Shown here: positions 49,652-64,000 of the stretch, one piece after another
Position numbering within the stretch: the stretch's first letter is position 1
How the letters are laid out: every line of letters starts with the position of its first letter
Assembly: GCA_964016885.1 (NCBI GenBank)
Contig: OZ024741.1
Coordinates: forward strand, 25,854,001-25,918,000
Direction: 5' to 3'
Length of the DNA stretch: 64,000 nucleotides
Origin: Eledone cirrhosa
Lineage: Eukaryota
Translations under genes and position numbers: made by a program
The notes under the pieces: generated by a model
The model's database searches: none
What the model saw: the letters and a program-made list of their open reading frames with translations, nothing else
Told to the model about the DNA's origin: nothing

Positions 49652-52600
49652 CGACAGTTTTACACTACACTGTCTTTACCAACATCTACAGTCTACACTA
49701 CACTGTCTTTACCTACATCTACAGTCTACACTACAATATCTTCCACCAACATCTACAGTCTACACTACAATATCTTCCACCAACATCTACAGTTCTACAC
49801 TACAATATCTTCCACCAACATCTACACTCTACACTACAATATCTTCCACCAACATCTACAGTCTACACTACAATATCTTCCACCTACATCTACAGTCTAC
49901 ACTACAATATCTTCCACCAACATCTACAGTTCTACACTACAATATCTTCAACCAACATCTACAGTCTACACTCCAATATCTTCCACAAACATCTACAGTC
50001 TACACTAAAATATCTTCCAACATCTACAGTCTACACTACAATATCTTCCACCAACATCTACAGTCTACACTACAATATCTTCCACCAACATCTACAGTTT
50101 ACACTACAATATCTTCTACCAACATCTACAGTTTACACTACAATATCTTCCACCAACATCTACAGTCTACACTACAATATCTTCCACCTACATCTACAGT
50201 CTACACTACAATATCTTTAGCTACATCTACAGTCTACACTACAATATCTTCCACCAACATCTACAGTCTACACTACAATATCTTCCACCAACATCTACAG
50301 TCTACACTACAATATCTTCCACCAACATCTACAGTTTACACTACAATATCTTCTACCAACATCTACAGTTTACACTACAATATCTTCCACCAACATCTAC
50401 AGTCTACACTACAATATCTTCCACCTACATCTACAGTCTACACTACAATATCTTTAGCTACATCTACAGTCTACACTACAATATCTTCCACCAACATCTA
50501 CAGTCTACACTACAATATCTTCCACCTACATCTACAGTCTACACTACAATATCTTTAGCTACATCTACAGTCTACACTACAATATCTTCCACCAACATCT
50601 ACAGTCTACACTACAATATCTTCCACCAACATCTACAGTCTACACAACAATATCTTCCACCAACATCTACAGTCTACACTACAATATCTTCCACCAACAT
50701 CTACAGTCTACACTACAATATCTTCCACCAACATCTACAGTCTACACTACAATATCTTCCACCTACATCTACAGTTTACACTACAATATCTTTCACCAAC
50801 ATCTACAGTCTACACTACAATATCTTCCACCAACATCTACAGTTCTACACTACAATATCTTCCACCAACATCTACAGTCTACACTACAATATCTTCCACC
50901 TACATCTACAGTCTACACTACAATATCTTCCACCTACATATACAGTCTACACTACAATATCTTCCATCAACATCTACAGTCTACACTACAATATCTTCCA
51001 CCTACATCTACAGTTTACACTACAATATCTTCCACCAATATCTACAGTCTACACTACAATATCTTCCACCAACATCTACAGTTCTACACTACAATATCTT
51101 CCACCAACATCTACAGTCTACACTACAATATCTTCCACCTACATCTACAGTCTACACTACAATATCTTCCACCTACATATACAGTCTACACTACAATATC
51201 TTCCACCAACATCTACAGTCTACACAACAATATCTTCTACCAACATCTACATTCTACACTGCAATATCTTCCACCAACATCTACAGTCTACACTCCAATA
51301 TCTTCCACAAACATCTACAGTCTACACTACAATATCTTCCACCAACATCTACAGTCTACACTACAATATCTTCCACCAACATCTACAGTCTACACTACAA
51401 TATCTTCCACCAACATCTACAGTCTACACTACAATATCTTCCACCAACATCTACAGTCTACACTACAATATCTTCCACCAACATCTACAGTCTACACTAC
51501 AATATCTTCCACCAACATCTACAGTTTACACTACAATATCTTCTACCAACATCTACAGTTTACACTACAATATCTTCCACCAACATCTACAGTCTACACT
51601 ACAATATCTTCCACCTACATCTACAGTCTACACTACAATATCTTTAGCTACATCTACAGTCTACACTACAATATCTTCCACCAACATCTACAGTCTACAC
51701 TACAATATCTTCCATCTACAGTCTACACTACAATATCTTTAGCTACATCTACAGTCTACACTACAATATCTTCCACCAACATCTACAGTCTACACAACAA
51801 TATCTTCCACCAACATCTACAGTCTACACTACAATATCTTCCACCAACATCTACAGTCTACACTACAATATCTTCCACCAACATCTACAGTCTACACTAC
51901 AATATCTTCCACCTACATCTACAGTTTACACTACAATATCTTCCACCAACATCTACAGTCTACACTACAATATCTTCCACCAACATCTACAGGCTACACT
52001 ACAATATCTTCCACCAACATCTACAGTCTACACTACAATATCTTCCACCAACATCTACAGTCTACACTACAATATCTTCCACCAACATCTACAGTCTACA
52101 CTACAATATCTTCCACCTACATCTACAGTCTACACTACAATATCTTCCACCTACATATACAGTCTACACTACAATATCTTCCACCAACATCTACAGTCTA
52201 CACTACAATATCTTCCACCAACATCTACAGTTCTATACTACAATATCTTCCACCAACATCTACAGTCTACACTACAATATCTTCCACCAACATCTACAGT
52301 TCTACACTACAATATCTTCCACAAACATCTACAGTCTACACTACAATATCTTCCACCAACATCTACAGTCTACACTACAATATCTTCCACCAACATCTAC
52401 AGTCTACACTACAATATCTTCCACCAACATCTACAGTCTACACTACAATATCTTCCACCAACATCTACAGTCTACACTACAATATCTTCCACCAACATCG
52501 ACAGTCTACACTACAATATCTTCCACCAACATCTACAGTTTACACTACAATATCTTCCACCAACATCTACAGTCTACACTACAATATCTTCTACCAACAT

Positions 52601-55600
52601 CTACAGTCTACACTACAATATCTTCTACCTACATCTACAGTCTACACTACAATATATTTAGCTACATCTACAGTCTACACTACAATATCTTCTACCAACA
52701 TCTACAGTCTACACTACAATATCTTCCACCAACATCTACAGTCTACACTACAATATCTTCCACCAACATCGACAGTCTACACTACAATATCTTCCACCAA
52801 CATCTACAGTTCTACACTACAATATCTTCCACCAACATCTACAGTCTACACTACAATATCTTCCACCAACATCTACAGTCTACACTACAATATCTACCAC
52901 CAACATCTACAGTCTACACTACAATATCTTCCACCAACATCTACAGTTCTACACTACAATATTTTCCACCAACATCTACAGTCTACACTACAATATCTTC
53001 CACCTACATCTACAGTCTACACTACAATATCTTCCACCTACATATACAGTCTACACTACAATATCTTCCACCAACATCTACAGTCTACACAACAATATCT
53101 TCTACCAACATCTACATTCTACACTGCAATATCTTCCACCAACATCTACAGTCTACACTCCAATATCTTCCACAAACATCTACAGGCTACACTACAATAT
53201 CTTCCACCAACATCTACAGTCTACACTACAATATCTTCCACCAACATCTACAGTCTACACTACAATATCTTCCACCAACATCTACAGTCTACACTACAAT
53301 ATCTTCCACCAACATCTACAGTCTACACTACAATATCTTCCACCAACATCTACAGTCTACACTACAATATCTTCCACCAACATCTACAGTTTACACTACA
53401 ATATCTTCTACCAACATCTACAGTTTACACTACAATATCTTCCACCAACATCTACAGTCTACACTACAATATCTTCCACCTACATCTACAGTCTACACTA
53501 CAATATCTTTAGCTACATCTACAGTCTACACTACAATATCTTCCACCAACATCTACAGTCTACACTACAATATCTTCCATCTACAGTCTACACTACAATA
53601 TCTTTAGCTACATCTACAGTCTACACTACAATATCTTCCACCAACATCTACAGTCTACACAACAATATCTTCCACCAACATCTACAGTCTACACTACAAT
53701 ATCTTCCACCAACATCTACAGTCTACACTACAATATCTTCCACCAACATCTACAGTCTACACTACAATATCTTCCACCTACATCTACAGTTTACACTACA
53801 ATATCTTCCACCAACATCTACAGTCTACACTACAATATCTTCCACCAACATCTACAGGCTACACTACAATATCTTCCACCAACATCTACAGTCTACACTA
53901 CAATATCTTCCACCAACATCTACAGTCTACACTACAATATCTTCCACCAACATCTACAGTCTACACTACAATATCTTCCACCTACATCTACAGTCTACAC
54001 TACAATATCTTCCACCTACATATACAGTCTACACTACAATATCTTCCACCAACATCTACAGTCTACACTACAATATCTTCCACCAACATCTACAGTTCTA
54101 TACTACAATATCTTCCACCAACATCTACAGTATACACTACAATATCTTCCACCAACATCTACAGTTCTACACTACAATATCTTCCACAAACATCTACAGT
54201 CTACACTACAATATCTTCCACCAACATCTACAGTCTACACTACAATATCTTCCACCAACATCTACAGTCTACACTACAATATCTTCCACCAACATCTACA
54301 GTCTACACTACAATATCTTCCACCAACATCTACAGTCTACACTACAATATCTTCCACCAACATCGACAGTCTACACTACAATATCTTCCACCAACATCTA
54401 CAGTTTACACTACAATATCTTCCACCAACATCTACAGTCTACACTACAATATCTTCTACCAACATCTACAGTCTACACTACAATATCTTCTACCTACATC
54501 TACAGTCTACACTACAATATATTTAGCTACATCTACAGTCTACACTACAATATCTTCTACCAACATCTACAGTCTACACTACAATATCTTCCACCAACAT
54601 CTACAGTCTACACTACAATATCTTCCACCAACATCGACAGTCTACACTACAATATCTTCCACCAACATCTACAGTTCTACACTACAATATCTTCCACCAA
54701 CATCTACAGTCTACACTACAATATCTTCCACCAACATCTACAGTCTACACTACAATATCTACCACCAACATCTACAGTCTACACTACAATATCTTCCACC
54801 AACATCTACAGTTCTACACTACAATATTTTCCACCAACATCTACAGTCTACACTACAATATCTTCCACCAACATCTACAGTCTACACTAAAATATCTTCC
54901 ACCAACATCTACAGTCTATACTACAATATCTTCCACCTACATCTACAGTCTACACTACAATATCTACCACCAACATCTACAGTCTACACTACAATATCTT
55001 CCACCAACATCTACAGTCTACACTACAATATCTTCCACCAACATCTACAGTCTACACTACAATATCTTCCACCAACATCTACATTCTACACTACAATATC
55101 TTCCACCAACATCTACAGTCTACACTACAATATCTTCCACCAACATCTACAGTCTACACTACAATATCTTCCACCAACATCTACAGTTCTACACTACAAT
55201 ATCTTCCACCAACATCTACAGTCTACACTATAATATCTTCCACCAAATATCTACAGTCTACACTACAATATCTTCTACCAACATCTACAGTCTACACTAC
55301 AATATCTTCCACCAACATCTACAGTTCTACACTACAATATCTTCTACCAACATCTACAGTCTACACTACAATATCTTCTACCAACATCTACACTCTACAC
55401 TACAATATCTTCCACCAACATCTACAGTCTACACTACAATATCTTCCATCTACAGTCTACACTACAATATCTTCCATCTACAGTTCTACACTACAATATT
55501 TTCCACCAACATCTACAGTCTACACTACAATATCTTCCACCAACATCTACAGTCTACACTACAATATCTTCCACCAACATCTACAGTTCTACACTCCAAT

Positions 55601-58600
55601 ATCTTCCACCAACATCTACAGTCTACACTACAATATCTTCCACCTACATCTACAGTCTACACTACAATATCTTCCACCAACATCTACAGTCTACACTACA
55701 ATATCTTCCATCTACAGTTCTACACTCCAATATCTTCCACCAACATCTACAGTTCTACACTCCAATATCTTCCACCAACATCTACAGTCTACACTACAAT
55801 ATCTTCCACCAACATCTACAGTCTACACTACAATATCTTCCACCAACATCTACAGTTCTACACTACAATATCTTCCACCAACATCTACAGTCTACACTAC
55901 AATATCTTCCACCAACATCTACAGTCTACACTACAATATCTTCCATCTACAGTCTACACTACAATATCTTCCACCTACATCTACAGTCTACACTACAATA
56001 TCTTCCACCAACATCTACAGTCTACACTACAATATCTTCCACCAACATCTACAGTTCTACACTACAATATCTTCCAACTACATATACAGTCTACACTACA
56101 ATATTTTCCACCAACATCTACAGTCTATACTATAATATCTTCCACCAATATCTACAGTCTACACTATAATATCTTCCACCAAATATCTACAGTCTACACT
56201 ACAATATCTTCTACCAACATCTACAGTCTACACTACAATATCTTTCACCAACATCTACAGTCTACACTACAATATCTTCCATATACAGTCTACACTACAA
56301 TATCTTCCATCTACAGTCTACACTACAATATCTTCCATCTACATCTACAGTTCTACACTACAATATTTTCCATATACAGTCTACACTACAATATCTTCCA
56401 TATACAGTCTACACTACAATATCTTCCATCTACAGTCTACACTACAATATCTTCCACCAACATCTACAGTCTACACTACAATATCTTCCACCAACATCTA
56501 CAGTCTACACTACAATATCTTCCACCAACATCTACAGTCTACACTACAATATCTTCCACTTACATCTACAGTCTACACTACAATATCTTCCACCAACATC
56601 TACAGTCTACACTACAATATCTTCCACCAACATCTACAGTTTACACTACAATATCTTCCACCAACATCTACAGTCTACACTACAATATCTTCCACCAACA
56701 TCTACAGTCTACACTACAATATCTTCCACCAACATCTACAGTCTACACTACAATATCTTCCACCTACATCTACAGTCTACACTACAATATCTTCCACCAA
56801 CATCTACAGTCTACACTACAATATCTTCCACCTACATCTACAGTCTATACTACAATATCTTCCACCAACATCTACAGTCTACACTACAATATCTTCCACC
56901 AACATCTACAGTTCTACACTACAATATCTTCCACCAACATCTACAGTCTACACTACAATATCTTCCACCAACATCTACAGTCTACACTCCAATATCTTCC
57001 ACCAACATCTACAGTCTACACTACAATATCTTCCACCTACATCTACAGTTCTACACTACAATATCTTCCACCAACATCTACAGTCTACACTACAATATCT
57101 TCTACCAACATCTACAGTCTACACTACAATATCTTCCACCTACATCTACAGTCTACACTACAATATCTTTAGCTACATCTACAGTCTACACTACAATATC
57201 TTCCACCTACATCTACAGTCTACACTACAATATCTTCCACCAACATCTACAGTCTACACTACAATATCTGCCACCTACATCTACAGTCTACACTACAATA
57301 TCTTCCACCAACATCTACAGTCTACACTACAATATCTTCCACCAACATCTACAGTCTACACTACAATATCTTCCACTTACATCTACAGTCTACACTACAA
57401 TATCTTCCACCAACATCTACAGTCTACACTACAATATCTTCCACCAACATCTACAGTTTACACTACAATATCTTCCACCAACATCTACTGTCTACACTAC
57501 AATATCTTCCACCAACATCTACAGTCTACACTACAATATCTTCCACCAACATCTACAGTCTACACTACAATATCTTCCACCTACATCTACAGTCTACACT
57601 AGAATATCTTCCACCAACATCTACAGTCTACACTACAATATCTTCCACCTACATCTACAGTCTATACTACAATATCTTCCACCAACATCTACAGTCTACA
57701 CTACAATATCTTCCACCAACATCTACAGTTCTACACTACAATATCTTCCACCAACATCTACAGTCTACACTACAATATCTTCCACCAACATCTACAGTCT
57801 ACACTCCAATATCTTCCACCAACATCTACAGTCTACACTACAATATCTTCCACCTACATCTACAGTTCTACACTACAATATCTTCCACCAACATCTACAG
57901 TCTACACTACAATATCTTCTACCAACATCTACAGTCTACACTACAATATCTTCCACCTACATCTACAGTCTACACTACAATATCTTTAGCTACATCTACA
58001 GTCTACACTACAATATCTTCCACCTACATCTACAGTCTACACTACAATATCTTCCACCTACATCTACAGTCTACACTACAATATCTTCCACCTACATCTA
58101 CAGTCTACACTACAATATCTTCCACCTACATATACAGTCTACACTACAATATCTTCCACCAACATCTACAGTCTACACAACAATATCTTCTACCAACATC
58201 TACATTCTACACTGCAATATCTTCCACCAACATCTACAGTCTACACTCCAATATCTTCCACAAACATCTACAGTCTACACTACAATATCTTCCACCAACA
58301 TCTACAGTTTACACTACAATATCTTCTACCAACATCTACAGTTTACACTACAATATCTTCCACCAACATCTACAGTCTACACTACAATATCTTCCACCTA
58401 CATCTACAGTCTACACTACAATATCTTTAGCTACATCTACAGTCTACACTACAATATCTTCCACCAACATCTACAGTCTACACTACAATATCTTCCATCT
58501 ACAGTCTACACTACAATATCTTTAGCTACATCTACAGTCTACACTACAATATCTTCCACCAACATCTACAGTCTACACAACAATATCTTCCACCAACATC

Positions 58601-61600
58601 TACAGTCTACACTACAATATCTTCCACCAACATCTACAGTCTACACTACAATATCTTCCACCAACATCTACAGTCTACACTACAATATCTTCCACCTACA
58701 TCTACAGTTTACACTACAATATCTTCCACCAACATCTACAGTCTACACTACAATATCTTCCACCAACATCTACAGGCTACACTACAATATCTTCCACCAA
58801 CATCTACAGTCTACACTACAATATCTTCCACCAACATCTACAGTCTACACTACAATATCTTCCACCAACATCTACAGTCTACACTACAATATCTTCCACC
58901 TACATCTACAGTCTACACTACAATATCTTCCACCTACATATACAGTCTACACTACAATATCTTCCACCAACATCTACAGTCTACACTACAATATCTTCCA
59001 CCAACATCTACAGTTCTATACTACAATATCTTCCACCAACATCTACAGTCTACACTACAATATCTTCCACCAACATCTACAGTTCTACACTACAATATCT
59101 TCCACAAACATCTACAGTCTACACTACAATATCTTCCACCAACATCTACAGTCTACACTACAATATCTTCCACCAACATCTACAGTCTACACTACAATAT
59201 CTTCCACCAACATCGACAGTCTACACTACAATATCTTCCACCAACATCTACAGTTTACACTACAATATCTTCCACCATCATCTACAGTCTACACTACAAT
59301 ATCTTCTACCAACATCTACAGTCTACACTACAATATCTTCTACCTACATCTACAGTCTACACTACAATATATTTAGCTACATCTACAGTCTACACTACAA
59401 TATCTTCTACCAACATCTACAGTCTACACTACAATATCTTCCACCAACATCTACAGTCTACACTACAATATCTTCCACCAACATCGACAGTCTACACTAC
59501 AATATCTTCCACCAACATCTACAGTTCTACACTACAATATCTTCCACCAACATCTACAGTCTACACTACAATATCTTCCACCAACATCTACAGTCTACAC
59601 TACAATATCTACCACCAACATCTACAGTCTACACTACAATATCTTCCACCAACATCTACAGTTCTACACTACAATATTTTCCACCAACATCTACAGTCTA
59701 CACTACAATATCTTCCACCAACATCTACAGTCTACACTACAATATCTTCCACCAACATCTACAGTCTATACTACAATATCTTCCACCTACATCTACAGTC
59801 TACACTACAATATCTACCACCAACATCTACAGTCTACACTACAATATCTTCCACCAACATCTACAGTCTACACTACAATATCTTCCACCAACATCTACAG
59901 TCTACACTACAATATCTTCCACCAACATCTACATTCAACACTACAATATCTTCCACCAACATCTACAGTCTACACTACAATATCTTCCACCAACATCTAC
60001 AGTCTACACTACAATATCTTCCACCAACATCTACAGTTCTACACTACAATATCTTCCACCAACATCTACAGTCTACACTATAATATCTTCCACCAAATAT
60101 CTACAGTCTACACTACAATATCTTCTACCAACATCTACAGTCTACACTACAATATCTTCCACCAACATCTACAGTTCTACACTACAATATCTTCTACCAA
60201 CATCTACAGTCTACACTACAATATCTTCTACCAACATCTACACTCTACACTACAATATCTTCCACCAACATCTACAGTCTACACTACAATATCTTCCATC
60301 TACAGTCTACACTACAATATCTTCCATCTACATCTACAGTTCTACACTACAATATTTTCCACCAACATCTACAGTCTACACTACAATATCTTCCACCAAC
60401 ATCTACAGTCTACACTACAATATCTTCCACCAACATCTACAGTTCTACACTACAATATCTACCACCAACATCTACAGTCTACACTACAATATCTTCCACC
60501 AACATCTACAGTCTACACTACAATATCTTCCACCAACATCTACAGTCTACACTACAATATCTTCCATCTACAGTCTACACTCCAATATCTTCCACCAACA
60601 TCTACAGTCTACACTACAATATCTTCCACCAACATCTACAGTTCTACACTCCAATATCTTCCACCAACATCTACAGTCTACACTACAATATCTTCCACCA
60701 ACATCTACAGTCTACACTACAATATCTTCCACCAACATCTACAGTTCTACACTACAATATCTTCCACCAACATCTACAGTCTACACTACAATATCTTCCA
60801 CCAACATCTACAGTCTACACTACAATATCTTCCATCTACAGTCTACACTACAATATCTTCCACCTACATCTACAGTCTACACTACAATATCTTCCACCAA
60901 CATCTACAGTCTACACTACAATATCTTCCACCAACATCTACAGTTCTACACTACAATATCTTCCAACTACATATACAGTCTACACTACAATATTTTCCAC
61001 CAACATCTACAGTCTATACTATAATATCTTCCACCAATATCTACAGTCTACACTATAATATCTTCCACCAAATATCTACAGTCTACACTACAATATCTTC
61101 TACCAACATCTACAGTCTACACTACAATATCTTCCATATACAGTCTACACTACAATATCTTCCATCTACAGTCTACACTACAATATCTTCCATCTACATC
61201 TATAGTCTACACTACAATATCTTCCATCTACAGTCTACACTACAATATCTTCCACCTACATCTACAGTCTACACTACAATATCTTCCATCTACATCTACA
61301 GTTCTACACTACAATATTTTCCACCAACATCTACAGTCTACATTACAATATCTTCCACCAACATCTACAGTCTACACTACAATATCTTCCAGCAACATCT
61401 ACAGTCTACACTACAATATCTTCCACTTACATCTACAGTCTACACTACAATATCTTCCACCAACATCTACAGTCTACACTACAATATCTTCCACCAACAT
61501 CTACAGTTTACACTACAATATCTTCCACCAACATCTACAGTCTACACTACAATATCTTCCACCAACATCTACAGTCTACACTACAATATCTTCCACCAAC

Positions 61601-62718
61601 ATCTACAGTCTACACTACAATATCTTCCACCTACATCTACAGTCTACACTACAATATCTTCCACCAACATCTACAGTCTACACTACAATATCTTCCACCT
61701 ACATCTACAGTCTATACTACAATATCTTCCACCAACATCTACAGTCTACACTACAATATCTTCCACCAACATCTACAGTTCTACACTACAATATCTTCCA
61801 CCAACATCTACAGTCTACACTACAATATCTTCCACCAACATCTACAGTCTACACTCCAATATCTTCCACCAACATCTACAGTCTACACTACAATATCTTC
61901 CACCTACATCTACAGTTCTACACTACAATATCTTCCACCAACATCTACAGTCTACACTACAATATCTTCTACCAACATCTACAGTCTACACTACAATATC
62001 TTCCACCTACATCTACAGTCTACACTACAATATCTTTAGCTACATCTACAGTCTACACTACAATATCTTCCATCTACAGTCTACACTACAATATCTTCCA
62101 CCAACATCTACAGTCTACACTACAATATCTGCCACCTACATCTACAGTCTACACTACAATATCTTCCACCTACATCTACAGTCTATACTACAATATCTTC
62201 CACCAACATCTACAGTCTACACTACAATATCTTCCACCAACATCTACAGTTCTACACTACAATATCTTCCACCAACATCTACAGTCTACACTACAATATC
62301 TTCCACCAACATCTACAGTCTACACTCCAATATCTTCCACCAACATCTACAGTCTACACTCCAATATCTTCCACCAACATCTACAGTCTACAATATCTTC
62401 CACCAACATCTACAGTCTACACGACAATATCTTCCACCAACATCTACAGTCTACACTACAATATCTTCCACCTACATCTACAGTCTACACTACAATATCT
62501 TCCACCAACATCTACAGTTTACACTACAATATCTTCCACCAACATCTACAGTCTACACTACAATATCTTCCACCAACATCTACAGTTTACACTACAATAT
62601 CTTCCACCAACATCTACAGTCTACACTACAATATCTTCCACCAACATCTACAGTCTACACTACAATATCTTCCACCAACATCTACAGTCTACACTACAAT
62701 ATCTTCCACCTACATCTA
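49652..62718. repeat. 34-bp satellite array (~13 kb, ~380 units)
   Basis: Consensus CTACAGTCTACACTACAATATCTTCCACCAACAT, with 27- and 35-bp variants. Confidence 0.97.
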
Positions 62719-62814
62719 TTGACTTTAAACCAACTAGAGTATTACATAAAAGCCTCAGTTTGTGTACATAAATAAGTTAAACTTTATCAATGTCTTTGTT
62801 CTTTATCATTACAG

Positions 62815-62893
62815 TTGGACCGCCATACACATTCCGTTTTAAGGTGAAATTCTTCTCTTCAGAACCCAATAATCTCCATGAAGAGATTACACG
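62815..62893 (+). CDS. EPB41L5: Internal coding exon of a FERM-domain Band 4.1-like gene (Yurt/EPB41L5/EPB41L4B family)
   Basis: Polypyrimidine acceptor TCTTTGTTCTTTATCATTACAG| and donor |GTCAGT. The 79-bp exon (phase 1 to 2) encodes xGPPYTFRFKVKFFSSEPNNLHEEITR, matching the Yurt/EPB41L5 FERM F1 signature GPPY...VKFYSSEPNNL.EE.TR as I recall it. Confidence 0.88.
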
Positions 62894-63034
62894 GTCAGTC
62901 ACATTTTTATTGATTTTTTATTTCTTTAAATATAGCTGTTGTTTTCAGAAGCTTTGAGAATGTTTGAGATTTGAAATGTGTGTGTCCTAATACAAATGAC
63001 CATAATAATAGTATTCTTCTTCCTTTTTTCTTCT

Positions 63035-63435
63035 TTGACCACTTATTCCTGGGAGGGTTCTCAATCAAACCTTTTAGCACATCCTGTCAGAAGCAACTAT
63101 CTCCAACTGATCCAGCTAGATCCCCAAGTGAGACCAGCCAAGTTCATGTATGTTATCCAACTATCTTGCTCGAGGTCTACCTTGGGTCTCCTGCCAGTTG
63201 GTTTGTTTTGCCCGTAAAATCTGTCTAGCGATTCTTTCCCCGAGACATTCTAACCACATGTCCATAGTATCGGAGCTGTGATCTCTCAATTCTCAGAAGT
63301 AGCAGCTCTACCTGGAGTAACTCTCTAATGTCTGAGCTACACACTCTATTAAGTAACGTTACTCCAAAGACCTTTTGTAGGGATCCCATTTCAGCTGCTT
63401 GTATTCACGATCGTATTGTTTCAGTCATTACCTGA
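63035..63435 (-). mobile_element. Degenerate RTE LINE 3' fragment
   Basis: Homologous to 44900-45250 and 13600-13950. Confidence 0.7.
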
Positions 63436-63451
63436 GATTTTAGCATCCATT

Positions 63452-64000
63452 ACTGTCACATAACCATATCACTGTCACATGACCATACCACCAGCACATG
63501 ACCATACCACCATCACATGACCATACCACCATCACATGACCATACCACCATCACATGACCATACCACTGTCACATGACCATGCCACTAATACCACCACAA
63601 CTACTACTACTACTACCACCGCCACCACTAACCTCTGCTCTATCATCTATGTATGGTTATAGAATTCTGTTTACAAATAGACTCCAAAACTGCCACCACT
63701 ACAACTACTACTGTTACTACATCTCTACCATACCATCCCCAACACATTCACATATCACCACCACCACCACCATCAAATCACCACACCACTACCACCATCA
63801 TCACCACCACACCACTACCACTGCCAACATCACTTCCCCCACCGCCACACCATCACACCACACCACACCACCAACACCACCACACCACCACTACAACACG
63901 ACCATACCACCATCACTACACCACCAACAACACCACCACACCACCACTACAACACCAACACCACCACCACCACCACCAACACCACCACACCACCACCAAC
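63452..64000. repeat. 19-bp minisatellite (ACCATACCACCATCACATG) followed by (CAC/TAC)n tracts
   Basis: Directly visible. Confidence 0.85.

Overview
Eukaryotic, AT-rich and repeat-saturated DNA. The SINE/RTE/Penelope repertoire suggests a mollusc, probably a coleoid cephalopod such as Octopus (inference). The only host coding sequence I can support is one 79-bp exon (62815-62893, +) of a FERM-domain Yurt/EPB41L5-like gene, so the preceding ~62.8 kb is probably one giant intron. Over half of the window is three tandem arrays: a 30-bp telomere-hexamer-like minisatellite (6.9-10.6 kb), a 91-bp satellite (16.3-35.9 kb) and a 34-bp satellite (49.7-62.7 kb). The last two have higher-order duplications. 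The main find is a young, essentially complete Penelope-like retroelement (37406-41741, -). It has RT plus GIY-YIG with Naiad-like Cys motifs and one +1 frameshift, sits in (TA)n, and carries an inverted 5' pseudo-LTR with a type I hammerhead ribozyme (HHR). Next to it is a ~3 kb cluster (41.5-44.6 kb) of further, sequence-distinct HHR-bearing pLTR fragments, several in the host sense orientation. The rest is fragments of Tx1/L1, CR1 and RTE LINEs, tRNA-derived SINEs, mariner-type MITEs and microsatellites. Almost all ORFs in the supplied track are repeat artefacts.
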